From contig JAVLKG010000004.1 in NCBI GenBank assembly GCA_032128875.1, positions 512,001 to 576,000 of the forward strand: a stretch of DNA of 64,000 bases. The letters run 5' to 3'. The position numbers were made by a program, and so were the translations under genes. Positions 29,356 to 38,549 of the stretch are shown piece by piece; positions within the stretch are counted from its first letter, which is position 1; every line of letters starts with the position of its first letter. The DNA comes from Candidatus Melainabacteria bacterium 17Bon1m (GTDB lineage Bacteria > Cyanobacteriota > Vampirovibrionia > Obscuribacterales > Obscuribacteraceae). The notes below the pieces were generated by a model that was not told where the DNA came from, made no database searches, and saw nothing but the letters and a program-made list of their open reading frames with translations.

Positions 29356-30996
29356 ATGCCGTCGCAGTTCAGCTTCTGGTTATATCCGCTGCTCATGTTT
29401 TCTGTGCTCGCTCTAGTTATGCGAGCACGCTTGGGTTTTACATGGGCCTGGGGATTTATACTGCAGGTTCTTGCCATTGGCGCGTGCGCCATAATGGGCT
29501 TAAAAGCAGGCCCGGATTGGTTGTACGCAATCATTGGCTGGATACTTTTTGTCGTATTTGCGATAATCCCTCGCGTTTTACTTACTCGTTTGGACAATTG
29601 CGTTTCATTGTTGCGTGCAAAGCAAGCAATTGATTGCGCGCATTTGTTGAAATACTTCTATTGGGGACAGCCCGGTCAGTTTTGGATCGATATGACCACG
29701 GCCAACTCGCTTTTCCTCGAGCGCCGCGTTGAAGAAGCTCTCTCAATCCTTTCGGCCTGGGAAAAGAAAAAACTTCCGAAAGCGGTTAGCGATGTGATTT
29801 ATACATATCGTCTTTCCGGTCGAGCTGTGCTCGGTCAGTGGCAGGAAATTGTTGACGAATATGAGGTCGCTGCGGCTGCCGATTCTAAGGTCTCTAATCG
29901 CTTGTCGCTTGCAGCATCCAGAGCCTATCTCGAAGTTGGCAGTGCGGACAGGGCGGCTGCAACACTAGAGCAGTCGCAACTCAATGAGTCGAGGGCAAGT
30001 TCGAAAAGTGTTGCACTTACATTGCTGCCTTACTTTGCATTGCTGGGTGCAGTTTCCGAAACCGAAAGAATGTTCGAAGTCGGTGACGAAGGAAAGATGG
30101 CATTGCCGGAGTATGTAAAACTCTATTGGCTGGCTCGCTGCAAAGTCGCTGCCAATCGAATTGAAGAAGCAAAAGAGCAGTTTCAAAAATGTATTCACTT
30201 GATTGTTGAGCAGAAAGGTCCAGCAAACTGGCAGGCCCGTGTACAACACCAGATTGAGCGTTTGGACTCAGGTGATTTAGTTCCTTTGAAAGGAAACGTC
30301 CAAAACGCCATTGCTCGCGGATTGCGAATTTTTGAGCAATGTAGTTTTGTAGAAAAGATCGTATTTCCGAACAAATCATCAGTTGTAGTTACGATACTAA
30401 TCGCATCGATTCTTGTACTGCTGGTTTTATCAGTTGAAGTTGTGCAAATTCTGCCATACCTTGTCAGCGGCTCTGAGCCTCTTAAGACCTGGCACTTGAA
30501 TGGAAGGCTTCAGCCCTCGGAAGTAATGCATGGACAGTGGTGGAGGCTTATTACTTATCTCTTTCTGCACGCTCACATATCGCATGCCTTGATCAACGTC
30601 ATTGGACTTTTTTGGTTCGGTCGCATGGCTGTGAATATTTATGGTCCGGGCAGATTTCTTTTCATCTATATAGCTTCCGGGATTCTCAGTGGCATGTGCC
30701 ACGTTCTGCTTGCGCCCCAAATGCCTGCAATTGGAGCGTCCGGCGCAGTGATGGGAATCTTTGGTGCCGTCGCCGCAGGAATCTGGCGACTCAAGGATTC
30801 ATTGCCCCGTGGCGTGCGCCGGCAAGAACTGTCATGGATGCTGGGACTTGCCCTTTCTCAAGTCGTACTCGATCAATACGTTCCACACGTCGCATCAATG
30901 GCTCACCTTGGCGGACTGGTATTTGGTTTTTTAATTGGCGTTTTGCTTCAGCCTCAAAAGCAAACACAATTCAGCGTAGCTATGCAGGAAGGATAG
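29356..30996 (+). CDS. Rhomboid intramembrane serine protease fused to N-terminal TMs and a TPR-like helical region
   Basis: QWWRLITYLFLH...H...N, GASGAVMG (catalytic Ser), AHLGGLVFG (catalytic His). Confidence 0.9.
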   Translation: MPSQFSFWLYPLLMFSVLALVMRARLGFTWAWGFILQVLAIGACAIMGLKAGPDWLYAIIGWILFVVFAIIPRVLLTRLDNCVSLLRAKQAIDCAHLLKYFYWGQPGQFWIDMTTANSLFLERRVEEALSILSAWEKKKLPKAVSDVIYTYRLSGRAVLGQWQEIVDEYEVAAAADSKVSNRLSLAASRAYLEVGSADRAAATLEQSQLNESRASSKSVALTLLPYFALLGAVSETERMFEVGDEGKMALPEYVKLYWLARCKVAANRIEEAKEQFQKCIHLIVEQKGPANWQARVQHQIERLDSGDLVPLKGNVQNAIARGLRIFEQCSFVEKIVFPNKSSVVVTILIASILVLLVLSVEVVQILPYLVSGSEPLKTWHLNGRLQPSEVMHGQWWRLITYLFLHAHISHALINVIGLFWFGRMAVNIYGPGRFLFIYIASGILSGMCHVLLAPQMPAIGASGAVMGIFGAVAAGIWRLKDSLPRGVRRQELSWMLGLALSQVVLDQYVPHVASMAHLGGLVFGFLIGVLLQPQKQTQFSVAMQEG

Positions 30997-31018
30997 TCCG
31001 CGACTGTTTCTGAAACTC

Positions 31019-32152
31019 TTAAGCTACCGATTTTGGCAGGCTGAATTTGATGGTTGAGCCTGAGCCTTTTTCAGATTCGAAGTAGATTTGTCCTTGGTGG
31101 TGTTCGACGATTTTTCTGGCTATTGAAAGTCCCATTCCGGTCCTGCCGCCTTCAGGTTTCCCGTGAATGCGATGGAACAGCTTGAATATGTCACGGCACT
31201 CGTCTTGTTTGATTCCAATTCCGTTGTCTTCTACAGAAAACCACCAAACATCGGCTTCTTCATCTACCCTAATATCAATTCGCGGCAGACAATTAGGTTT
31301 TCTAAAGTCAATTGCATTGTCTAAAACCGCCTTGAAAAGATAGTGAATTTGCGCTTTGTGCCCACGCACAATTGGCAGAATAGCGCGAGTTACGGTGGCG
31401 CCGTTGCTTTCGATTTTGGAACGCATTTCATTTAGAAGATCATCTACTAGCCCGGTCAGACTTATCTCACGTGTGTCGGTTTCTTGCTTATTGATTCGCG
31501 CATAAACCCACAAATCATCCAGCATACGCTCAATTATCTTGCTCGCGTTCACAACTTTATCGATGAACTCGTCGGCGTCTGTACCCAGACGATCTTTGTA
31601 CCTGATCGAAAGCAAATTCAAATAACTGGTGACGATACTGATTGGTCCTTGCAGTTCATGGGAAACAGCAAATGCAAGGTTCTGCAGCTCTTTATGCGAT
31701 CGAGCCAAATCTTCTGCTGCTTGCTCAATCTTTTGCGCGGCTAACTTTTGATTGGTGATGTCGCGAAAAACACCGACACCGCCCACTATTTCACCCTCTT
31801 CATTCCTTAGTGGCGTAGCGTTGATACTTACCCAAACGCCGTTCGGCACATTCTCGTTGCGTATCCAAGCTTCTTCTTGAAATACGGGCTCGCCACTAAT
31901 AGCACGGGTCATCGGCAATTCTTCGGGCGGACATAAGGTCTTTTGGTCAGGTTTGAAAATCCCAAAATAGGTCGGCCAAATGTCTTGCTTACTGTCTGTG
32001 ACGCTGCGCCCGATTATCTCTTCTGCCTTGCTGTTGTAGACGATGAAATTGCACTTGTCGTCAGCAACAATGACACCGTCCACCATGTTGTCCAAAATAA
32101 GCCGAAGCGTGTCGAAATTGACGATCGGTTTGGCTTTGACATCAATACTCAT
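31019..32152 (-). CDS. Cytoplasmic PAS-domain sensor histidine kinase
   Basis: PAS/PAC (DGVIVAD, YNSKAEEIIG, GVGVFRDIT), FAVSHELQGP, DNAI, VEDNGIGI, TGMGLSIARKIVE. Confidence 0.92.
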   Translation of the reverse strand: MSIDVKAKPIVNFDTLRLILDNMVDGVIVADDKCNFIVYNSKAEEIIGRSVTDSKQDIWPTYFGIFKPDQKTLCPPEELPMTRAISGEPVFQEEAWIRNENVPNGVWVSINATPLRNEEGEIVGGVGVFRDITNQKLAAQKIEQAAEDLARSHKELQNLAFAVSHELQGPISIVTSYLNLLSIRYKDRLGTDADEFIDKVVNASKIIERMLDDLWVYARINKQETDTREISLTGLVDDLLNEMRSKIESNGATVTRAILPIVRGHKAQIHYLFKAVLDNAIDFRKPNCLPRIDIRVDEEADVWWFSVEDNGIGIKQDECRDIFKLFHRIHGKPEGGRTGMGLSIARKIVEHHQGQIYFESEKGSGSTIKFSLPKSVA

Positions 32153-32208
32153 AAATCACCTGAAAGGCTAGATATCGCTGATATCTGGAATACCACCGCA
32201 ATAGAAAA

Positions 32209-32262
32209 TCAATCAACTGATTGAATCATACAGTTGACATGTTTTTCCTGTCAAGTTAGGCT
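32209..32262. promoter_or_regulatory. Overlapping divergent sigma70 promoters with palindromic operator candidates
   Basis: Plus strand: TTGACA 32234-32239, 17 nt, TAGGCT 32257-32262. Minus strand: TTGACA 32254-32249, 18 nt, TATGAT 32230-32225. Inverted repeats tcaatca-ac-tgattga (32209-32224) and tcaactg-N11-cagttga (32213-32237). Confidence 0.6.
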
Positions 32263-32286
32263 GGAGCGAGAGGTTGCTTTACACTG

Positions 32287-32916
32287 ATGCCGACAAAAGC
32301 AGACACTAAGAATCACATTCTCGATGTTGCCGAAAAACACTTTGCCAGAGACGGTTTTGCCGGAACATCTCTGCGAGCGATAATCAAAGAGTCTAATGTG
32401 AATGTTGCCGCCATCGCTTACCACTTCGGCAACAAAGAAGATTTGTATAAGGCAGTAACTGAACGCTTTGCTGTGCCTGTGGTTATTGAGCAGCTTAAAC
32501 GCTTGCGTTCTGTTACCGCCAGCGATAATTCCACGCTTGAAGATGTTCTAGCCGCGTTCTACGAACCACCGCTCAAACTTATTAAGAAGTTGGGGAAGAA
32601 AGGAGAGACGCTCTCTATGTTTCTCGGGCGAGCTCAGACAGAGCCAGAGCCGGTCTATTCGCTAGTCGATAGTCACTATGCTGCTTGCCGCGACGAGTTT
32701 ATAGATGCAATCAAGAGATTTGTGCCCGACTTGAGCGAAACCGAGTACCAATGGCGCTTTGAGTTCATGCTCAGCCTTATTGTTTGCTTTCTCACCAGGC
32801 ACAGACCGGTTATGGCCCGCTACACACAAGATCCAGACTGGAAACCGGAGAATGTGACGTCGACTCTGTCCTCGTTTTGCCTGGCTGGTATGAAAGCTAT
32901 GAAGGCGAAAGTTTAA
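32287..32916 (+). CDS. TetR/AcrR-family regulator (PsrA/CecR-like)
   Basis: N-terminal HTH: TKNHILDVAEKHFARDGFAGTSLRAI..VNVAAIAYHFGNKEDLY. Confidence 0.93.
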   Translation: MPTKADTKNHILDVAEKHFARDGFAGTSLRAIIKESNVNVAAIAYHFGNKEDLYKAVTERFAVPVVIEQLKRLRSVTASDNSTLEDVLAAFYEPPLKLIKKLGKKGETLSMFLGRAQTEPEPVYSLVDSHYAACRDEFIDAIKRFVPDLSETEYQWRFEFMLSLIVCFLTRHRPVMARYTQDPDWKPENVTSTLSSFCLAGMKAMKAKV

Positions 32917-32928
32917 TGAAAGGAACAT

Positions 32929-32965
32929 TCCTAACCTAAATGCGGTCGCTAGATTTAGGTTAGGA
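32929..32965. promoter_or_regulatory. 13-bp perfect inverted repeat between tetR and the MFS gene, overlapping an AGGAG
   Basis: tcctaacctaaat-N11-atttaggttagga. Confidence 0.5.
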
Positions 32966-32977
32966 GTCAGGTGTCAT

Positions 32978-34324
32978 ATGAGTTCGTCAGTGATCTATAA
33001 AAAATCCCCGCCAAAGATTGAGGGGAAAGTCGGTAGCGGAATATTTTCCATTTTTAAAAACAAAAATTACGCTCTCTATTTTGGTGGGCAGTTCATTTCG
33101 CTGATAGGAACCTGGATGCAGATGGTGGCACTCTCATGGTTCACTTACACTCTTACTAATTCGCCACTGCTATTAGCCATTGTCGGCGCCTCGAGCCAGT
33201 TGCCATCACTGGTCGTGATGCCTTTCGCCGGAGTTTTCGCAGACAGGCTAGATAGGAAGAAGGTTATTGTCATTGTGCAGTGCCTCGCGATGTTCGAGGC
33301 GTCACTGTTGGCTTTTCTCACTCTAACCAATCAAGTTCAAGTTTGGCATCTGATTGCGCTGGGAGTCTTTGCAGGCGTTATCAGCGCGTTTGACATGCCC
33401 ACACGCTCGGCGTTCGTGTTCGATCTTGTCGATAACAAAGAAGATCTGCCGGCCGCAATTGCAATGAATTCGACTTTGATGAATGTCACTCGATTGATCG
33501 GCCCGGCGTTGGCTGGTTTTATTGTTGCGTTTGTGGGAACAGGCATGTGCTTTTTAATCAACGCGTTGAGCTACATCGCAGTGATTTGGGCGCTACTGCT
33601 GATCAAGGACAAAACGACCAGTGATGAGAAATACCAAAAAAGTAAAGCCGTAAGAGAAGGTTCCATTTTTAGCGAATTGAAAGCCGGTTTTAACTATGTC
33701 GCCAGGACACGGGCGGTACGCCAACTTATTGTCCATCTCGGTGTCTTTGGAATCGGTGGTATGGCTTATGCAATGCTCTTACCGGTATTTGTTCGCGAGA
33801 TTCATGGCGACTCGAATACACTGGGATACCTGATGTCAGGCTCGGCGATAGGTTCTCTCTGTGCAACACTCTTGCTGGCGTCCCGTAAATCGGTGGTTGG
33901 TTTGAGCCGTTGGATCAGTGTGAGCTCGTTTGCTTTTTCGTTTTTTCTGATTGGATTTTCGTTCGTTAACAGCTTCTGGCCAGCCATGTTCGTATTGGCG
34001 GCAATTGGTGCCTGCATGATGCTTCAAATGGCTTCGATAAACACGATACTGCAAACCATTGTTGAAGAAGACAAACGCGGAAGGGTAATGAGCCTTTTCA
34101 CAATGGCCTTCATGGGCGCGGCTCCTATAGGCAGTCTTGGTGCTGGTGCATTAGCTAACAAGATTGGTCTATCGCACACTCTTTTGCTTTGTGGAATTTA
34201 TTGCTTGTGCGTTTCCGTCGTCTTCTATCGCGCTCTGCCACAATGGCGAAAAGAAACAAGACCCATCTACATCGAGAAGGGTCTGTTAATAGCAGAAGAG
34301 GAAGCCGAAATTCTGGCTCGCTAA
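32978..34324 (+). CDS. MFS transporter (DHA3/MFS_3-like)
   Basis: YFGGQFISLIGTWMQ, motif A GVFADRLDRKK, AFDMPTR, RLIGPALAG, RGRVMSL; about 12 TMs. Confidence 0.93.
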   Translation: MSSSVIYKKSPPKIEGKVGSGIFSIFKNKNYALYFGGQFISLIGTWMQMVALSWFTYTLTNSPLLLAIVGASSQLPSLVVMPFAGVFADRLDRKKVIVIVQCLAMFEASLLAFLTLTNQVQVWHLIALGVFAGVISAFDMPTRSAFVFDLVDNKEDLPAAIAMNSTLMNVTRLIGPALAGFIVAFVGTGMCFLINALSYIAVIWALLLIKDKTTSDEKYQKSKAVREGSIFSELKAGFNYVARTRAVRQLIVHLGVFGIGGMAYAMLLPVFVREIHGDSNTLGYLMSGSAIGSLCATLLLASRKSVVGLSRWISVSSFAFSFFLIGFSFVNSFWPAMFVLAAIGACMMLQMASINTILQTIVEEDKRGRVMSLFTMAFMGAAPIGSLGAGALANKIGLSHTLLLCGIYCLCVSVVFYRALPQWRKETRPIYIEKGLLIAEEEAEILAR

Positions 34325-34347
34325 GCTAAAGCTGACTCGCCGAGCAG

Positions 34348-34656
34348 CTAAACCAGAATCTCTTCCAGTCGAGTGTTTTCTCCACCTTCGGCAACTAAGC
34401 CGACACGCTCTTTCACAAGACGCTCATAATGTGGCGTTTTGCTATGCGCATCGAGATGTGCGGCGGTCTGCCAAAGTTCGTAGAAAAAGAACGTGTCATT
34501 CTTGTCATTGGAGTAAAGCTGATAGGCAATGCAACCTGGTTCTTTCCTTGTCGGCTCGATCATTCTAGTGAGCACTTCTTTCAGCTCTTCTTCTTTGCCG
34601 GGAACTGACTTCACCTTAACGATCAAGCACAAAGGTTTTCCATTGCTGGAACTCAT
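34348..34656 (-). CDS. ABM-domain protein (putative quinol monooxygenase)
   Basis: PGKEEEL, TRKEPGCIAYQL, FFFYELW, LDAHSKTPH. GGAGG RBS. Confidence 0.9.
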   Translation of the reverse strand: MSSSNGKPLCLIVKVKSVPGKEEELKEVLTRMIEPTRKEPGCIAYQLYSNDKNDTFFFYELWQTAAHLDAHSKTPHYERLVKERVGLVAEGGENTRLEEILV

Positions 34657-34695
34657 ACACTCCTCCGCAATTTCACAATCAACTTAGGGCAGACC

Positions 34696-34857
34696 TTACG
34701 AAACCGGTCCACCTGCGCAGCCTGGATGCCCGCATTGGCAAGGAGCATCTGGCAGAGCGCCTGCAATCTTGCAGTTCTCGCTGCAATAGTCTTCATTGGG
34801 CTGACACGTGCAACCGCAGCTCGGATTGCCGCAATCTTCCAGGTCGTTCTCGTTCAT
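34696..34857 (-). CDS. Metallothionein-like small Cys-rich protein (53 aa)
   Basis: CGNPSCGCTC..YCSENC..CQCGHPGC resembles the SmtA/BmtA pattern YCSxxC...CGHxGC; 9 Cys and 1 His. Confidence 0.7.
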   Translation of the reverse strand: MNENDLEDCGNPSCGCTCQPNEDYCSENCKIAGALPDAPCQCGHPGCAGGPVS

Positions 34858-35091
34858 TTCACATGGCTTCCTATAATTTCGGGGCGGCACAACATTCGCC
34901 CGTTAGACCTTATTTTAAATGCTCGGTTCCCAGCCCGAACATTCAGTTTTGAATTTGATACGAGATATACCGATTCGCATCTATCAAATAGATAAAAATG
35001 ACATCCAATTGATGGTTGTCAGCAGAGCGCCAGGAATATAATTACAAGTTCGCCACACAAAAAGCCCGCCTAGAGGGGAGCAAAGAGCCAG

Positions 35092-35541
35092 ATGAACGAA
35101 TCCAAGAATGACGGCGCTGCCGCCACAAAAGACCAACAGGACCAAAAACCGGCAGTAGACAGACGTCGTGCTTCTTTACCCCAACCTGATTTCTCCCACT
35201 ACAAGAAAGCAGAAGCGTGGCCAGGTCCTAAATACTTGTTTGTTGGACATTCCTACAACGTTGAGCTCGACAATAAAGAAGGAGAAGGCGTCGACAACCG
35301 CGCCGGCGCCATTAAGGCTCTGTTCTCCAAAGACGTCAAATGGATCCCCGTTGCCGAAGCTCTCGGCAATCAAAACTTTAGTGGGACTCTCAGCCGATTC
35401 GAGCATGATCTTTTGAGCAGATTGCCCGAAAGTTCGCTTGTCGGTGAAGCAATAAGCACGACCGACGGCACCGAGATCAAACATTCTTTCACTATCTGGC
35501 GTGAAGAGCGTCGGGGTCGACGCGAAGACAGAAAGGCTTAA
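35092..35541 (+). CDS. Hypothetical protein
   Basis: 149-aa ORF with ATG and GGGGAG upstream; basic C-terminus; no motif. Confidence 0.75.
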   Translation: MNESKNDGAAATKDQQDQKPAVDRRRASLPQPDFSHYKKAEAWPGPKYLFVGHSYNVELDNKEGEGVDNRAGAIKALFSKDVKWIPVAEALGNQNFSGTLSRFEHDLLSRLPESSLVGEAISTTDGTEIKHSFTIWREERRGRREDRKA

Positions 35542-35583
35542 GAGTAAACTTAAGCCCTTCGGTTACAGCTAAATTTCTGAAGT

Positions 35584-36297
35584 CTATGCGAAAACTTCCG
35601 CAAGGAAGTTCTCCATTGCTTTCCAGGATCGTCTTGCCGCTGCTTCGTTGTACAAAATGCCTCTTTCAGGCTGATTTGCTTGAGGCGCGGTGAACGCATG
35701 CATGGTTCCACCGTAACCATGAATTTGCCAATCTGCCTTAGCATCGCTGAATTCTTTGGCTACGCCAACGACCTGATCCGGTGTCGCCATAGGATCGTCC
35801 CAGCCGTGCAAAATCAAAGTCTTGGCTTTGATCTCTTTTTGTGGTCCCAGATTCGGTGGGAAGAACAGTCCATGAAAACTAACCACGCCTTTGACGTCTG
35901 CACCACATCGGGCCACGTCTAAAACACACAAACCACCAAAGCAATAGCCGATGGCTGCAATTCTAGTAGCGTCTACCATTGGATGCTTCTTGGCGGACTC
36001 AACTGCTGCAAGAAGACGTGTTTTCAATTCAGCGCGGTCATCGAGTAGTGGTTTCATCAAATGAGTGTTGTCGCCGGTCGGATCGCCTCTAAGTCCTTTG
36101 CCGTACACATCTGCACAGAAGCCGACATAACCAAGCTTTGCCAACTTCTCGGCAGTTTCGTGATCGGCTTCACCCTGTCCAGCCCAAGCATGGCAAATAA
36201 TTACGCACGGCCGCTTGTTTGAATTCGCTTCGTCGAAAGCCACATAAGATTCGAATGTGTTACTTCCTGAGGTGTAATCAAGATATTCCGTCTTCAT
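35584..36297 (-). CDS. Dienelactone hydrolase family protein
   Basis: HAWAG, LAKLGY.GFCADVYG, nucleophile elbow IGYCFGG, SFHG, LHGWDDP, MHAFT. Confidence 0.93.
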   Translation of the reverse strand: MKTEYLDYTSGSNTFESYVAFDEANSNKRPCVIICHAWAGQGEADHETAEKLAKLGYVGFCADVYGKGLRGDPTGDNTHLMKPLLDDRAELKTRLLAAVESAKKHPMVDATRIAAIGYCFGGLCVLDVARCGADVKGVVSFHGLFFPPNLGPQKEIKAKTLILHGWDDPMATPDQVVGVAKEFSDAKADWQIHGYGGTMHAFTAPQANQPERGILYNEAAARRSWKAMENFLAEVFA

Positions 36298-36384
36298 GCT
36301 GGTGCCTCAAATCAATAAAACGCTAAGTATAATCCCGTGATTTGGCGAAATTCATTCAATATTTCAGGTTGCTTTATTGAGTTA

Positions 36385-36446
36385 GAAAAAAGGTCGTTAA
36401 CGGTCTTTTTTCCTGGCGGAAATTACTGCGTTAACGGTCTTTTTTC
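36385..36446. repeat. REP-like palindrome plus a partial direct copy, between divergent genes
   Basis: Full copy at 36385-36412 is identical to 3426-3453; partial cgttaacggtcttttttc at 36429-36446. Confidence 0.88.
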
Positions 36447-36550
36447 TAGCCAACCTAATTCAAGCTCACTTGGCAGCGCCGTCGGTTGACCGGTGTCTAG
36501 GTATGGTATAGGTTCAGTAGGTATTACTACTTCTGCTTGGTGGAGAGAAA

Positions 36551-37165
36551 ATGCATAAATGCCCGACTTGCAAAGTTCCGCTGCACGGCTGGGAAGAGAA
36601 CTGTCCTTCCTGTGGTACCAAGCAGGTTGTGCGCGATTCCAAGCGCTCTTATGGGGGGCAACAAACACCGGGCGTCAATGTCATGCCATTCGTGATCGGA
36701 TTCTTTGTAATAGGCATAGGCGCAATGATTGCCATGAACAGTAGCTGGATTGGCGAAGTAATGCGTCGCGGTCCTGAGCCTCAAGATCCGTTGGGTGGAG
36801 TCAACCAAATTCAAGCACGGCAGTTGATCGAGCAAAAGATCACAGAAGGGTTAACTGCAGTCGGTGCCAAAGGAAAGTTTAGCTGGAATGTCGGAGGGCA
36901 GCCTGGAGATATCAATTCTCCTGCTCCTATTGAATTGACAGTTGATACTTCACTGGCCGACAGAAATTCAAGAACGCAAATCATTGATCCGATCAAAGAT
37001 TATATGGAGAGAGCCAAGATTCCGACTTTGACTATGAATGATGCGAAGTCGCATTCTACCTGGACCTATACATGCCAGTTGCGTTCAACATCGCCTGAAG
37101 ATAATTCAGATGGACTTCCACCACAGCCGCAAGCTGAAGGAGAAGCACAAGCTCCTGCGCAATAA
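36551..37165 (+). CDS. Zinc-ribbon single-TM membrane protein
   Basis: CPTC..CPSCG, TM (VMPFVIGFFVIGIGAMIAM), C-terminal domain. GGAG RBS. Confidence 0.82.
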   Translation: MHKCPTCKVPLHGWEENCPSCGTKQVVRDSKRSYGGQQTPGVNVMPFVIGFFVIGIGAMIAMNSSWIGEVMRRGPEPQDPLGGVNQIQARQLIEQKITEGLTAVGAKGKFSWNVGGQPGDINSPAPIELTVDTSLADRNSRTQIIDPIKDYMERAKIPTLTMNDAKSHSTWTYTCQLRSTSPEDNSDGLPPQPQAEGEAQAPAQ

Positions 37166-37168
37166 GCG

Positions 37169-38473
37169 TCAGAGTTTCTGATTCGCTTTTCTAGAACTCT
37201 TTTTCTGTCCGACTTTCACAACACGCAGGCACGTTTCTGTTATGTGTGGTGCGGTGTCTTTTAAGTGTGCGATCTTCGCGAATGTGTTGCTGAGTCCGCT
37301 TCGCTGTCCTGATTCCTCTTGTATCAAGTCCAAGTCGACTCCAGGCTTTTCGCTGAAAGACATATTGCAGATCAATTTCGCTGGCACTTTGTGCCCGATG
37401 AATCCCGTATCAATATCTGTAAAATCGATGGTCTGCAGACGATGCTTTGCTTGTTTCATTGTCTCCTTGAAAGCAGCATCATCAGCTTCTGCTTCTTTCT
37501 TCTCATCGCTATCGTTTTCTGGTCTGTTACCCATAACCTGACTCAGCATGCCGCTTAGAGAGTCTGCGCATTCCCCAAGCCGAGTGTAGCCACCGTGCAC
37601 GATTTGTGAGAGCGCTAGTGCTTTGTCACGGCGTGACATATAGAGTCTGATTTTTGCAGTACCTTTTGGATTGAAATAACGACGCGCGTAATGCTTCACC
37701 AATCCAGAATCTACATCTGGACATATCATGGCGAATTCGGTGACATAGTGTCGATCTCGCAAGACTGGGATGGCACGAACCAAAAGCCTGCTTCCCATGC
37801 TGTGTGCCATTAATCTGACTTTGATGTCGTGGTCATCTTTACACATGTCATCGAGAGAGCAAATCATGTCGTTGAAATGCTCTTGGCTCCATTCAACATT
37901 ACACTCGTCAGAAGAATATGCACGAAGTTTCGCAACGGAAGGCCATGAATATAAAATCGTCGGTCGTTCAGCGTTATACGAAAGCCAAGCCGCAGTGTGT
38001 GCGGCACTTTGAAATGAATTTTTGTAGCCGTGTATGAAAACAAAAACATTCTTGTCTGGAGTAAGTTCACAGTGCTCTCTTACTGTTCCGTAAAACTTAG
38101 CTGCAGTTTCTTCGTGTGTTTCCGCTTGAATGAGGGCGCTCGAAACCAAGCCTTCTTTTTTGTTAGCTGTAACTGCCTGCCAACCCATGCTTTTCAGTGC
38201 GTCAGTGAGTGGCTTGTGGTCAACGTTTTCAATGACAACAGATGCAGTGCCAAGAAAAGGATCATGCAAACAATCACCAAGATATTTGCGGTGCGGTCCG
38301 AAAGAAAAACTCGTCTGTTTTGGATCACCGATCATATTTCTGTCAGTGAGGAAGAAAATCGGGACGCGCACATACTTCGCTATTGACTCCTCAGCACTTG
38401 CAGCGAGGCAGTGAAGGAAGCTTAGTGCGAAAGCAAAAAGGATTAGCGTCGCTTTGGAAAGCAAACTTTTCAT
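37169..38473 (-). CDS. Exported alpha/beta hydrolase (DUF900-like)
   Basis: Signal peptide ending ASA-E; IFFLTDR, FVFIHGY, YSWPS, MAHSMGSR, PDVD, DKALALS. Confidence 0.88.
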   Translation of the reverse strand: MKSLLSKATLILFAFALSFLHCLAASAEESIAKYVRVPIFFLTDRNMIGDPKQTSFSFGPHRKYLGDCLHDPFLGTASVVIENVDHKPLTDALKSMGWQAVTANKKEGLVSSALIQAETHEETAAKFYGTVREHCELTPDKNVFVFIHGYKNSFQSAAHTAAWLSYNAERPTILYSWPSVAKLRAYSSDECNVEWSQEHFNDMICSLDDMCKDDHDIKVRLMAHSMGSRLLVRAIPVLRDRHYVTEFAMICPDVDSGLVKHYARRYFNPKGTAKIRLYMSRRDKALALSQIVHGGYTRLGECADSLSGMLSQVMGNRPENDSDEKKEAEADDAAFKETMKQAKHRLQTIDFTDIDTGFIGHKVPAKLICNMSFSEKPGVDLDLIQEESGQRSGLSNTFAKIAHLKDTAPHITETCLRVVKVGQKKSSRKANQKL

Positions 38474-38549
38474 GAAAGACCCGGTCTGTAGGTGATTCAA
38501 CAGTGTATCTTTCAAGATCGTATTCGAAATTAAGCTATCATAATACGCT

